A stretch of 36,896 nt of DNA from Deltaproteobacteria bacterium (GTDB lineage: Bacteria; Myxococcota; JACRCW01), in assembly GCA_016218805.1 (NCBI GenBank), contig JACRCW010000124.1, forward strand, positions 1 through 36,896. Reading direction: 5' to 3'. The notes under the pieces were generated by a model. That model was given only the letters and a program-made list of their open reading frames with translations. It searched no databases and had not been told where the DNA came from. Below are positions 27,873 to 36,543 of the stretch, piece by piece. The translations under genes were made by a program, and so were the position numbers. Position 1 is the stretch's first letter; every line of letters starts with the position of its first letter.

Positions 27873-27922
27873 GGCGCGGCACTCTCCCGCCGCCCGGCCC
27901 CACGCACCAGCGGAAGCTCCGT

Positions 27923-28075
27923 TGATTCATCAGTCAGATGCGCAGCCGCGGCTGCCTGGCCCCGCTCGCCGAGAATCAGCGCGCGCGGTGGGCAAATGTG
28001 GGAGCCGCACCCATCGGCTGATTGGCCAGTCAGCCCAGAGGCGGATGCCGCGAGGGAGCCTGGCAGCGCTACCAG
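27923..28075. promoter_or_regulatory. Candidate transcription-factor sites in the divergent MBL/GH25 intergenic region
   Basis: TGATT-N4-AGTCA occurs twice (27923-27936 and 28019-28032). Near-palindrome CTGGCAGCGCTACCAG at 28060-28075. Confidence 0.4.
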
Positions 28076-28114
28076 AGCCACCCGCGCGGTGGACCACGCG
28101 CGCAGGAGCTCCGG

Positions 28115-29302
28115 ATGCGGAACGTGATGCGGGTGGCGGTGCTGGTGGTGGTGGGCTCGGGTTGCGTGGTGGCCATGGAGCCGCCGGCAAACGGTGACGG
28201 GCTGGGCCTGGCGTGCAGCGAAGGCCTGGACGAGCTGCGCGTGTGCGCCGAGGGCGCCACCGTGCACGGCGTAGATGTGAGCTACTGGCAGGGCAGGGTG
28301 GACTGGTCCACGGTGAGCGCGGCGGGGCACGTGTTCGGGTTTGCGCGCATCTCTGACGGGCTGCGCTACGTGGACACGCAGTTTGCCAACAACTGGCAGG
28401 GCATGGCGGAGCAGGGAATGGTGCGCGGCGCCTACCAGTTCTTCCGTTCCAACCTGGACCCCGTGCAGCAGGCGGACCTGGTCATTGCCAAGATTGAAGC
28501 GGCCGGCGGCCTGGCCGACGACGACCTGGGCGTGGTGCTGGACCTGGAGTCCACCGACGGAATGTCAGCGGCCACCGTGGTGGCGCGCGCCAAGGTGTGG
28601 CTGCAGCGCGTGGAGGAGGCCACCGGGCGCCGGCCCATGGTCTACACCGCCGCGTTCATGAGCAGCGTCATCGGCAACAACTTCCGCGACTACCCGTTGT
28701 GGGTGGCCAACTACGGGGCCACCTGCCCGGTGATGCCGTCGGGCTGGAGCCAGTGGGCCATCTGGCAGTACTCGGACAGCGGGCGCATCCCCGGCCTCAC
28801 GGGGAACTTTGACGTCAACGTGTTCAACGGTGACGAGGACGCGCTGCGCGCCTTTGCCCGCAGCCTGAAGCGCGGTGCCAGCGCGGACACCGGCACCACT
28901 GAGCCGCCGCCCCCGGCCGGCCCCGCGTACTGCCTGGAGGCCGTCTCCACCGGCCTCAATGGCGGCCGGCTCAACATCCGTCCCCAGCCCAACACGTCGC
29001 GCTCGCCGGTGGGGACGCTGGCGGAGGGCCGGCAGGTCCCCATCCTGGACCGGACGGACGGCGAACAGATTGGCTCCACGACGCGCTGGCTCAAGATCCG
29101 CAGCCCTGCGGGCGTCACCGGCTGGGTCAGCGGCCGCTACCTGCGCTGCGTGGGCACGGGCGTGCTGGATACCGGGGATGGCACCAGCCAGCCGGATGAC
29201 ACCGCGCTGGGCTTTGGTGAAGGCCGCGGCATGGGCCAGGGCGACGGCGCCCCCGGACCGTCCTCCGAGGTGGTGCCCGCGGCGCCGTGCGGCTGGCGGT
29301 GA
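28115..29302 (+). CDS. GH25 lysozyme/muramidase lipoprotein with a C-terminal SH3b domain
   Basis: GVDVSYWQGRVDW, RGAYQFF, LDLE, LWVANY, WQYSDSG. SH3b motif LNIRPQP...GWVSGRYL. GSGC lipobox and AGGAG RBS. Confidence 0.92.
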   Translation: MRNVMRVAVLVVVGSGCVVAMEPPANGDGLGLACSEGLDELRVCAEGATVHGVDVSYWQGRVDWSTVSAAGHVFGFARISDGLRYVDTQFANNWQGMAEQGMVRGAYQFFRSNLDPVQQADLVIAKIEAAGGLADDDLGVVLDLESTDGMSAATVVARAKVWLQRVEEATGRRPMVYTAAFMSSVIGNNFRDYPLWVANYGATCPVMPSGWSQWAIWQYSDSGRIPGLTGNFDVNVFNGDEDALRAFARSLKRGASADTGTTEPPPPAGPAYCLEAVSTGLNGGRLNIRPQPNTSRSPVGTLAEGRQVPILDRTDGEQIGSTTRWLKIRSPAGVTGWVSGRYLRCVGTGVLDTGDGTSQPDDTALGFGEGRGMGQGDGAPGPSSEVVPAAPCGWR

Positions 29303-29725
29303 CTAGTTGAGCCAGGCGGTCATCTCGTCGGCACGGACCACGCCGGCCTTCTGCACCACCGTGCGCCCGCCGTGGATGACCACAAAGTTGGGGATGCCCT
29401 GCACGTCGTACCGCCGGGCCAGCCCGGGGTTTCGGTCGGTGTTCACCTTCAGCACCACCACCTGCCCCGCCAGGTCACGCGCTACTTCCAGCACGTGCGG
29501 CGCGGCCACGCGGCACGGCGCGCACCAGTCCGCGTAGAAGTCCACCAGCACGGGCTCCTTCACCTGGCCCACCACCTCGTCAAACGCGCGCTCATCCACG
29601 TCCACGGGTTGCTGGTGCGGGGGCAGCGCCGCGCGGCAGGAGCCGCACCGGCCGCGGTGGGCCAGGTGCCGGGCCGGCACGCGGTTGGGCGCGCCGCAGG
29701 CAGGGCAGGTGCGGGTGAACTCCAT
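29303..29725 (-). CDS. trxC: Thioredoxin 2 (Zn-finger thioredoxin)
   Basis: N-terminal CPAC...CGSC, then VDFYADWCAPC, KVNTD and QGIP. Confidence 0.85.
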   Translation of the reverse strand: MEFTRTCPACGAPNRVPARHLAHRGRCGSCRAALPPHQQPVDVDERAFDEVVGQVKEPVLVDFYADWCAPCRVAAPHVLEVARDLAGQVVVLKVNTDRNPGLARRYDVQGIPNFVVIHGGRTVVQKAGVVRADEMTAWLN

Positions 29726-29849
29726 CGTCAACAACCTCCGGGTGGGACCGGCGCACAAGAAAAGGCGGCGGGGGCGGAAGTCAAACCGGGAGGGATGCGT
29801 GCCCCCCCGGTGGGCGTGGTAGCAGGGTCCGCCAGGAGACCCCGCCCGC

Positions 29850-31091
29850 ATGTCCATCCCGCAGCCGGCCAGCCCAGACCCGCGCGCCCTCCGCGAAAAG
29901 TTCCAGCGCGTGGCGGATGCGCTCGCCAGCCAGTTCCTGGGCAAGGAGGAGACCGCGCGGCTGATGCTGATCTGCGCCGCCGCCGGCGAGCACCTGGTCC
30001 TCATCGGCCCGCCGGGCACCGCCAAGAGCGCCGTGGTGCGGTCGTTCGCACGGTTGGTGGACGCGCGCTACTTTGAATACCTGCTCACCCGCTTCTCTGA
30101 GCCCAATGAGGTGTTTGGCCCGGTGGACCTGCAGGCGTTCCGCGCCGGCCGCTACCACCGTGTGACCACGGGCATGCTGCCGGAAGCGGAGATTGCCTTC
30201 CTGGACGAGGCGTTCAAGGCCAACAGCGCCATCCTCAATTCGCTGCTGTCCATCCTCAATGAACGCCGCTTCTCCAACGGCGCGGACACCGTGCACGTGC
30301 CGCTCATCAGCATGTTTGCGGCCTCCAATGAGGTCCCGCAGGACGACGCGCTGCACGCCATCTTTGACCGGTTCATCATCCGCGTGCACGCCGACAACGT
30401 GGACAGCTTCCACTTCCACGACCTGCTGCAGAAGGGCCTGGCCCTGGAGCGCGCCGCCATCACCGAGCGGGAAGCCGCCGAGGCCAAGATCCGCGCGCCG
30501 CTCAAGATGGGCCTGGCCGCCGCGGACCTGCAGGCGTGCCAGAAGCACCTGCTGAGCGTGGTGCAGTTCCCCGAGGACTTCCTGGCCACCTACAAGGGCC
30601 TGTGCTTCCAGATCCGCGCGGAAGGCGTGAGCCTGTCAGACCGGCGCGCGGTGAAGCTGCTCAAACTGTTTGCCGCCAGCGCCGTCATTGACGGGCGCGC
30701 GGTGGTGCATGACGGGGACCTGGCCATCCTGCGGCACATCTGGAACCAGATGGACCAGCGGGAGATCCTCCATGACCTGGTGGATCCCGTCGTCACGCGC
30801 TTCTTCAATGAACACCCGGAGACCGCGCCGCGGCTGCCGCGCCCGGACCTGGACAAGCTGGTCACCGAGCTGACGCTGGTGCACCGCCTGCTGACCTCCG
30901 GCCAGGAACTTTCCGACATCCAGGTGTTCAGCCACCTGCGCGCGCTGGATGACCTGCGCAAGGGCTTCCAGGTTGTTGGCGGGCCCACCGCGCAGCAGAT
31001 GATTGACCGCATTGACGCGTTGACCCGCACACTGCTGGAGGGCCGCGGCCCGGCGGCGGCGGGCGCACGGCGGCAGGGCCCCGCCCGCTGA
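29850..31091 (+). CDS. MoxR-family AAA+ ATPase, RavA-like
   Basis: GPPGTAKS, FEYLLTRFSEPNEVFGP, FLDEAFKANSAILNSLL, ASNE, DRF, SDRR. Confidence 0.9.
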   Translation: MSIPQPASPDPRALREKFQRVADALASQFLGKEETARLMLICAAAGEHLVLIGPPGTAKSAVVRSFARLVDARYFEYLLTRFSEPNEVFGPVDLQAFRAGRYHRVTTGMLPEAEIAFLDEAFKANSAILNSLLSILNERRFSNGADTVHVPLISMFAASNEVPQDDALHAIFDRFIIRVHADNVDSFHFHDLLQKGLALERAAITEREAAEAKIRAPLKMGLAAADLQACQKHLLSVVQFPEDFLATYKGLCFQIRAEGVSLSDRRAVKLLKLFAASAVIDGRAVVHDGDLAILRHIWNQMDQREILHDLVDPVVTRFFNEHPETAPRLPRPDLDKLVTELTLVHRLLTSGQELSDIQVFSHLRALDDLRKGFQVVGGPTAQQMIDRIDALTRTLLEGRGPAAAGARRQGPAR

Positions 31092-31136
31092 GCTGAAAAC
31101 TGGAGGCGCCGCACGGGCCCTACTAGCCTGCACCCC

Positions 31137-31394
31137 ATGTCGCGCACGTCGCTGCCCAACGAGGAGGAGTTCGTCGCCGAGCTGCGCCTCCAGCTGGACG
31201 CCCCACGGGTGCCGCTGGACCAGGTGCTTGACGGCGCGCTGGCGCTGTCCGCGTTGGGCTACCGCGCGCTGAGTGCGCAGTACGCGGACCGGGTCTGCCG
31301 CTACGCCGCCATCCGCGGCCGCCCGGACCTGCTCCCCGTGGCGCGTGGCCTGCTGCTGGGCGGCGGCACCGGGCGCCGCGTCGCCCGCGCCTGA
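31137..31394 (+). CDS. Small hypothetical protein
   Basis: 85-aa ORF with GC3-rich codons that fills the gap between the ATPase and the channel gene. Confidence 0.55.
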   Translation: MSRTSLPNEEEFVAELRLQLDAPRVPLDQVLDGALALSALGYRALSAQYADRVCRYAAIRGRPDLLPVARGLLLGGGTGRRVARA

Positions 31395-31402
31395 GGCCCC
31401 CC

Positions 31403-32515
31403 GTGTTGCGCTCCCGCCACCCGATCCTTGACTTCCTGCAGGAGCGGCTGGTCAAGGCGCTGGCCATCTTCGTCGGGACGTGGTTGCTCGGCGGGCTCGG
31501 GCTCTACCTCATCGGGTGGACGTTCCACATGCCCACGGAGATGAACGCGCCGGACGGCAGCGCGGACGCCGGCAACTGGTCACTCGGGAACTGCCTGTGG
31601 ATGGCCACCATGACGGTGAGCACGCTGGGCATGGGGGACCTCTCCATGTTCAGCCGCCTGCCCGTGCTGGGACGGCAGGTCGTCTACGCGTACATGATCG
31701 CCTACACGCTCATCAGCTACCTGCTGGTCCTCTACGCGTCCGCGCAGACCATCAGCTACGTGGTTGAAGGCGCACTGGGCCGCTACCTGGAGACGCGCCG
31801 CATGCAACGTGACCTCAACGAATTGGACAAGCACTTTGTGGTCTGCGGGCTGGGCTCCACCGGGCTGCACATTGTGCAGGAGCTGGTGAAGGTGAAAGCC
31901 ACCGTGGTGGGCGTGGACACCGCGCCGGAGAAGGTGGCCCACGCCAAGACCCTGTTCCCCACCGAGCTGTTCCTGGACGGTGACGGGACGCAGGATGACA
32001 CCCTGGAGCGGATTGGCATCCGGCGGGCGGCCGGGTTCTTTGCCGCCATGGGTGAGGACAAGGACAACATCATTGCCGTGCTGGCCGCGCGCCAGGTCAA
32101 TCCCGCGGCGCGCGTGGTGGCGCGCGCACAGGAGAGCCAGAACATTGAGAAGCTCAAGCGCGTGGGCGCCAACGTCACCATCTGCCCCACGCAGATTGGC
32201 GGCATGCGCATGGCGTCCGAGATGGTCCGCCCGGCGGTGACCACGTTCCTGGACACCATGCTGCGCAGCCAGAACTCCACCGTGCGGTTTGAGAACGTGA
32301 TCCTGCGCGAGAACGGCCCCGCCGCCGGCCGCATGCTCAAGGAACTGGACCTGCGCGGGCGCACGGGGCTCATTGTGGTGGCCACGGTCAAGGCGGGCGG
32401 CCAGATTGCCTACAATCCCGGGCCGGACACGCGCGTGGATGGCGGGGATGCTGTCGTTGTCATCACCACGCCGGACCAGAAGCGCGTGCTGGAGACACTG
32501 CTCAACGGCGCATGA
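31403..32515 (+). CDS. 2-TM potassium channel-family protein with RCK (TrkA-N/TrkA-C) domains
   Basis: TM1, pore helix, TVSTLGMGD filter, TM2, then HFVVCGLGSTG, GDGT, DKDN and PTQIGGMRMA. Confidence 0.9.
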   Translation: MLRSRHPILDFLQERLVKALAIFVGTWLLGGLGLYLIGWTFHMPTEMNAPDGSADAGNWSLGNCLWMATMTVSTLGMGDLSMFSRLPVLGRQVVYAYMIAYTLISYLLVLYASAQTISYVVEGALGRYLETRRMQRDLNELDKHFVVCGLGSTGLHIVQELVKVKATVVGVDTAPEKVAHAKTLFPTELFLDGDGTQDDTLERIGIRRAAGFFAAMGEDKDNIIAVLAARQVNPAARVVARAQESQNIEKLKRVGANVTICPTQIGGMRMASEMVRPAVTTFLDTMLRSQNSTVRFENVILRENGPAAGRMLKELDLRGRTGLIVVATVKAGGQIAYNPGPDTRVDGGDAVVVITTPDQKRVLETLLNGA

Positions 32516-32521
32516 CCCGCT

Positions 32522-32550
32522 TTGACAATCCGCGGGTGCGACCCAATCCT
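32522..32550 (+). promoter_or_regulatory. Putative sigma70 promoter for the leader ORF-secA paralog unit
   Basis: Perfect TTGACA (32522-32527), 17 bp, AATCCT (32545-32550). ATG follows at 32560. Confidence 0.5.
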
Positions 32551-32559
32551 GTGGGCGCC

Positions 32560-32868
32560 ATGCCCCGGTGGACCCGCACCATCCCGGTTGCCCTGCGCGC
32601 GATGATCGCGTGCCTGGTCCTGCTGCTGGGCGGCGGCGTCGCGTCGGGCGCGCCTGCCCGGGAGCAGGCCACCGAGTACCGGGTGCCAGCCTCCCCGTCC
32701 ACGACGACACCCGCGCCCCGCATGGCTGTAACCCGGGCGCGCGTGGTGTACCCCCGCTGGGTGCCCCAGGCTGCGGTCACAAGCCGCGACATGCAGCCGT
32801 GGCGCGTGCACCCGCCCGCACCCAACCCCGTTCCCGTCTATCTCCGGCATTGCGCTCTCCTGCGGTGA
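32560..32868 (+). CDS. Signal-peptide-bearing leader ORF upstream of the secA paralog (candidate arrest/monitoring peptide)
   Basis: Basic N-terminus, hydrophobic MIACLVLLLGGGVASG, low-complexity linker, C-terminal HPPAPNPVPVYLRHCALLR. Alternative start at 32512. Confidence 0.55.
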   Translation: MPRWTRTIPVALRAMIACLVLLLGGGVASGAPAREQATEYRVPASPSTTTPAPRMAVTRARVVYPRWVPQAAVTSRDMQPWRVHPPAPNPVPVYLRHCALLR

Positions 32869-32921
32869 GGCGCGCCAACGCTCGCGTTGGCCCGTCCCGT
32901 TCCACCCATTCCCTGGAGAGC
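32854..32921 (+). promoter_or_regulatory. Predicted RBS-sequestering mRNA structure (translational attenuator)
   Basis: GCTCTCC (32854-32860) is the exact complement of GGAGAGC (32915-32921, containing the SD). It encloses the hairpin GCCAACG-CTCG-CGTTGGC (32874-32891). Confidence 0.55.
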
Positions 32922-32923
32922 CC

Positions 32924-35359
32924 ATGTCCCCCGTTCAACCGGCGCCCCCGGCGCTGCCCGCATCCGCCACCCCATTCCGGACGCGCCTGAACCGCGCGGT
33001 CCGCCGCTGGCGCGGTGAGCGCACCGCGTATGGGCTGGAGCCGTTTGCCACAACGTTGCGCGCGCTGGAGCGCACGGACCTGCGCGCGCTGGCTGACGCC
33101 GAGCTGCTGGCGCGTGCCCGGGCGCTGCGCGGGCCCACACCGGATGAGACCGCGGTCTTTGCGCTGGTGCGGGAAGCCGCGCGCCGCGCGCTGGGGCTGG
33201 AGGCGCATGCCTGCCAACTGGCGGCGGGGCTGGCCATGGTGCGCGGCCGCGTGGCGGAGTTGCCCACCGGCGAAGGCAAGACGCTGGCCGCGGTGTTCAC
33301 CGCCGTGTGGCACGGGCTCAGCGGGCGGGGCGTGCACGTGCTGACGTTCAATGACTACCTGGCGCGGCGCGATGCCGCGTGGATGGGGCCGGTGTACCGG
33401 CTGCTGGGCGTGACCGTGGGGTGCGTCCAGGAAGGGCAGTCCGCGGCGGAAAAGCGCGCGGCGTACGCCGCCGACGTCACCTACGGCACCGCCAAGGAAG
33501 TGGGTTTTGACTTCCTGCGTGACGGCATCGCGCTGGACGCGGACCCGTGCGTACACCGGCCGTTCCACGCGGTCATTGTGGATGAAGCGGACTCCGTGCT
33601 GGTGGACGAGGCCCGCGTGCCGCTGGTGCTGGCCGGCGTGGACGAAGGCGGCGGCCCCGACGTGCGGCGCGTGGTGGAACTGACGCGCGGGATGCAGCGG
33701 GGCGTGGACTTTGAGACGGATGCCGAACAGCGCAACGTGTTCCTCACCGACGCGGGCGCGCGGCAGCTGGAGTCCGCGCTGGGCTGCGCCAGCCTGTATG
33801 ACGGTACCAACCAGGGGCTGTTGGAGGCCGCGCACTGCGCCCTGCACGCGCACGCCCTGCTCCACCGCGACGTGGACTACCTGGTGCGCGACGGGCGCAT
33901 CCAGGTCATTGACGAGTTCACCGGCCGCATCATGGAGAAGCGCCACTGGCCGGACGGGATCCAGGCCGCGCTGGAGGCCAAGGAGGGGATGGACCGGCGC
34001 ACCCGCGGGCGCGTGCTGGGCTCCATCACGCTGCAACACTTCCTGCGCCTCTACCCGCACCTGGCCGGCATGACGGCCACCGCCCAGGCCGCCGCCGAGG
34101 AACTGCAGGCCTTCTACCGCGTGGACGTGCACGTGCTCCCGCCGCACACGCCCAGCCACCGCACGGACCAGCCGGACGCGGTGTTCACCCACCAGGCGGC
34201 CAAGCGGCGCGCGCTGCTGGACGAGATAGGCCGCGTCCACGCCACGGGACGCCCCATCCTGGTGGGAACGCTCAGCGTGGCGGAGTCCGAGGACCTGGCC
34301 GCCGCCCTCCAGGCCGCCGGGGTCCGGTGCGCGGTGCTCAATGCGCGCAATGACCAGGAGGAGGCGGCGGTCATTGCGGAGGCCGGTGCGCTGGGCGCGG
34401 TGACCATCTCCACCAACATGGCGGGGCGGGGCACGGACATCCGCCTGGGTGGTTCGGATGAACGGGAGCGCGCCGCCGTGGTGGCGCTGGGCGGGCTGTA
34501 CGTCCTGGGCACCAACCGCCATGAAAGCGTCCGCGTGGACCGCCAGCTGCGCGGCCGCGCGGGGCGCCAGGGGGACCCGGGCTCCACGCGTTTCTTCATT
34601 GCCCTGGATGATGACCTGTTCCGCCGCTACGGGCTGACGGACGCGGTGTTTGCGCGGCATGGACTGCAACGGCGTGACGGCGAAGTGGACCACGGCGGGC
34701 TGCGCGCGGACGTGGAACACGCGCAGCGGGTCATTGAGGGACAGTGTTTTGACATCCGCCATGACCTGTTCCGGTACTCCAACGTGGTGGAGCAGCAGCG
34801 GCGGCTGGTGCGGGCCCGGCGGGAGGCGGTCCAGCGCGGTGACCCGGAGGCCCGCGCGTGGGAGGCCGCGGAACCCCAGCTGTATGCGCGCGCCGTGGCG
34901 CGGTGGGGGGCCGCACGGGCCGCCCGCGTGGAGCGCAACGCACACCTGCTGGCGCTGGACCGCGCGTGGGCGGAACACCTCTGCTGGGTGACTGACACGC
35001 GCGAGACCGTGCACCTGGTCAGCCTGAGCGGCCAGACACCGGTGGTGGAGTTCCGCCGCTGGTGCACGGAGGCGTTCGCGCGCCGCATGGAACAAATGGA
35101 CCAGGACCTCACGGGCGCGCTGGCCGGCGTGCTTGCCCGGGAGGACGCCGCGCTGGACGAACTGGAGCACGCCCGGGGGCCGTCCTCCACGTGGACCTAC
35201 CTGGTCAATGACGACCCGTTCCAGTCCGGCTTTGAGCTGCTCAAGGGCGGGGCGCTGGGGTTCTCCGCCATTGCCGCGGGCGTGTACGGGCCGCTGTTGC
35301 TGGCGTGGCTGGTGGTGCGCCGGTGGTGGGGCGGAAAGCGCGGCGGCAAACCAGCATGA
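32924..35359 (+). CDS. secA2: SecA paralog (accessory SecA2-like ATPase) with a hydrophobic C-terminal tail
   Basis: TGEGKT, NDYLARRDA, VDEADSVLVDEAR, DEFTGR, GMTATA, STNMAGRGTDI, QLRGRAGRQGDPG. 811 aa, no C-terminal Zn-binding motif. Confidence 0.88.
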   Translation: MSPVQPAPPALPASATPFRTRLNRAVRRWRGERTAYGLEPFATTLRALERTDLRALADAELLARARALRGPTPDETAVFALVREAARRALGLEAHACQLAAGLAMVRGRVAELPTGEGKTLAAVFTAVWHGLSGRGVHVLTFNDYLARRDAAWMGPVYRLLGVTVGCVQEGQSAAEKRAAYAADVTYGTAKEVGFDFLRDGIALDADPCVHRPFHAVIVDEADSVLVDEARVPLVLAGVDEGGGPDVRRVVELTRGMQRGVDFETDAEQRNVFLTDAGARQLESALGCASLYDGTNQGLLEAAHCALHAHALLHRDVDYLVRDGRIQVIDEFTGRIMEKRHWPDGIQAALEAKEGMDRRTRGRVLGSITLQHFLRLYPHLAGMTATAQAAAEELQAFYRVDVHVLPPHTPSHRTDQPDAVFTHQAAKRRALLDEIGRVHATGRPILVGTLSVAESEDLAAALQAAGVRCAVLNARNDQEEAAVIAEAGALGAVTISTNMAGRGTDIRLGGSDERERAAVVALGGLYVLGTNRHESVRVDRQLRGRAGRQGDPGSTRFFIALDDDLFRRYGLTDAVFARHGLQRRDGEVDHGGLRADVEHAQRVIEGQCFDIRHDLFRYSNVVEQQRRLVRARREAVQRGDPEARAWEAAEPQLYARAVARWGAARAARVERNAHLLALDRAWAEHLCWVTDTRETVHLVSLSGQTPVVEFRRWCTEAFARRMEQMDQDLTGALAGVLAREDAALDELEHARGPSSTWTYLVNDDPFQSGFELLKGGALGFSAIAAGVYGPLLLAWLVVRRWWGGKRGGKPA

Positions 35360-35371
35360 CCCCGGCCACGC

Positions 35372-36463
35372 TCAGTACGCCGTCCGCACGCAGTCATACG
35401 TCAGCGGGATGGGGTCGCCGGTGGCCAGCACCTCAAAGTCCGTGGGCAACAGCGCGTCCAGGTCCCGGGGACCCAGGCCCACCTCTCCCCACCGCACCGC
35501 GGAGAACCGGTCTGAGGCCGCCGTGAGCGCCACGTTGCCACCATCCGACAGCGCCATCCCGTACTGCTGCAGTGCGCGCGCCACCGTGCGCGCGGCGTCG
35601 TTGGGGAGCGACGCGAGATCGTAGTCCGCCCGGAGCCGCCAGCGGGTGCCGTAGGTGGGCGCGTCAGCGTCCGCCGCGGAGGGTGCCCCCGCGTGCGTGG
35701 CGGGCCGGACGTAGTGGCCCGCGCGCATGCGCGCGTTGGGCAGGATGAAGCGGATGGCATGGTCAATGTGGCCGCGGGCAACCTCCTCCGGCGTGAACAG
35801 CAGCGGCGCCACGGGGAACCCCGCAGCGTCGGAGCTGGTGCACTGCTCGCCGCGGCCCTGGGGGCCGTACACACGCGCCAGGTCCCACGCCGCAATGCAC
35901 AGCGTGTCCAACACGCCACCCGCGTAGCTGGCGGCGTATGCCTCAAACAGGCGGTTCACGCGCCGGTCCACCACCAGCAGGTGGCAGTCACCGCCGCCCG
36001 TGCACACGTAGCCGGACTCGCCCTCCACCGCGCCCACGGCGGGGATGGGGAAGGGCACGTCATCACAGTCCGGTGCGTAGAAGTCCCCCGCCGGGTTGCG
36101 CGTCACGTACGGGGTGGCCGCGTCCGCTTCCAGGACCACCATGGAGAAGTCAATCTGCACGTGCCCCAGGCCCCACCCGCCGTGGTCCGCCAGCCACTGC
36201 GTGATCTGCGCGGAACGCGCGTGCAGCGGTGCGGTGGTGACGTCCTGGTTCATCCACGCGGCGTCCGGGAAGTACCGCCCCGCCGCCCCGGCCGCGGAGG
36301 ACGAGGCCGCCGCCGCCGAAGACGAGCCCGACACTCCGCCCGAGGACGCGACGCCCCCACCCGGCGCGCCGCTGCCGCCGCCGGACCCGCCCGCCGGCGC
36401 CGCACACGCGGTCACCAGCCCACCCGCGCACAGCAGCACCGCACCCCAGGACCACCGTGGCAT
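35372..36463 (-). CDS. Putative lipoprotein of unknown function
   Basis: GGAGG RBS, LVTAC lipobox, Gly/Ser linker, then a globular domain (GDCHLLVVD, DAAGFP, HAIRFILP). Confidence 0.78.
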   Translation of the reverse strand: MPRWSWGAVLLCAGGLVTACAAPAGGSGGGSGAPGGGVASSGGVSGSSSAAAASSSAAGAAGRYFPDAAWMNQDVTTAPLHARSAQITQWLADHGGWGLGHVQIDFSMVVLEADAATPYVTRNPAGDFYAPDCDDVPFPIPAVGAVEGESGYVCTGGGDCHLLVVDRRVNRLFEAYAASYAGGVLDTLCIAAWDLARVYGPQGRGEQCTSSDAAGFPVAPLLFTPEEVARGHIDHAIRFILPNARMRAGHYVRPATHAGAPSAADADAPTYGTRWRLRADYDLASLPNDAARTVARALQQYGMALSDGGNVALTAASDRFSAVRWGEVGLGPRDLDALLPTDFEVLATGDPIPLTYDCVRTAY

Positions 36464-36543
36464 GCGCACCTCCGCCGCGCGCAGCCTGCCACGCGGCGCC
36501 CGGGACTTGAACGGCGCGCGGGGCGACGACACAACGCGCGGGC

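Noticed and set aside
27873..28114. c-di-AMP (ydaO) or c-di-GMP riboswitch upstream of the GH25 gene
   Set aside because: Only a GGCAAA fragment is present. The other conserved segments of these riboswitches were not found by eye.
32777..35170. 797-aa minus-strand ORF
   Set aside because: Antisense shadow of the secA paralog.
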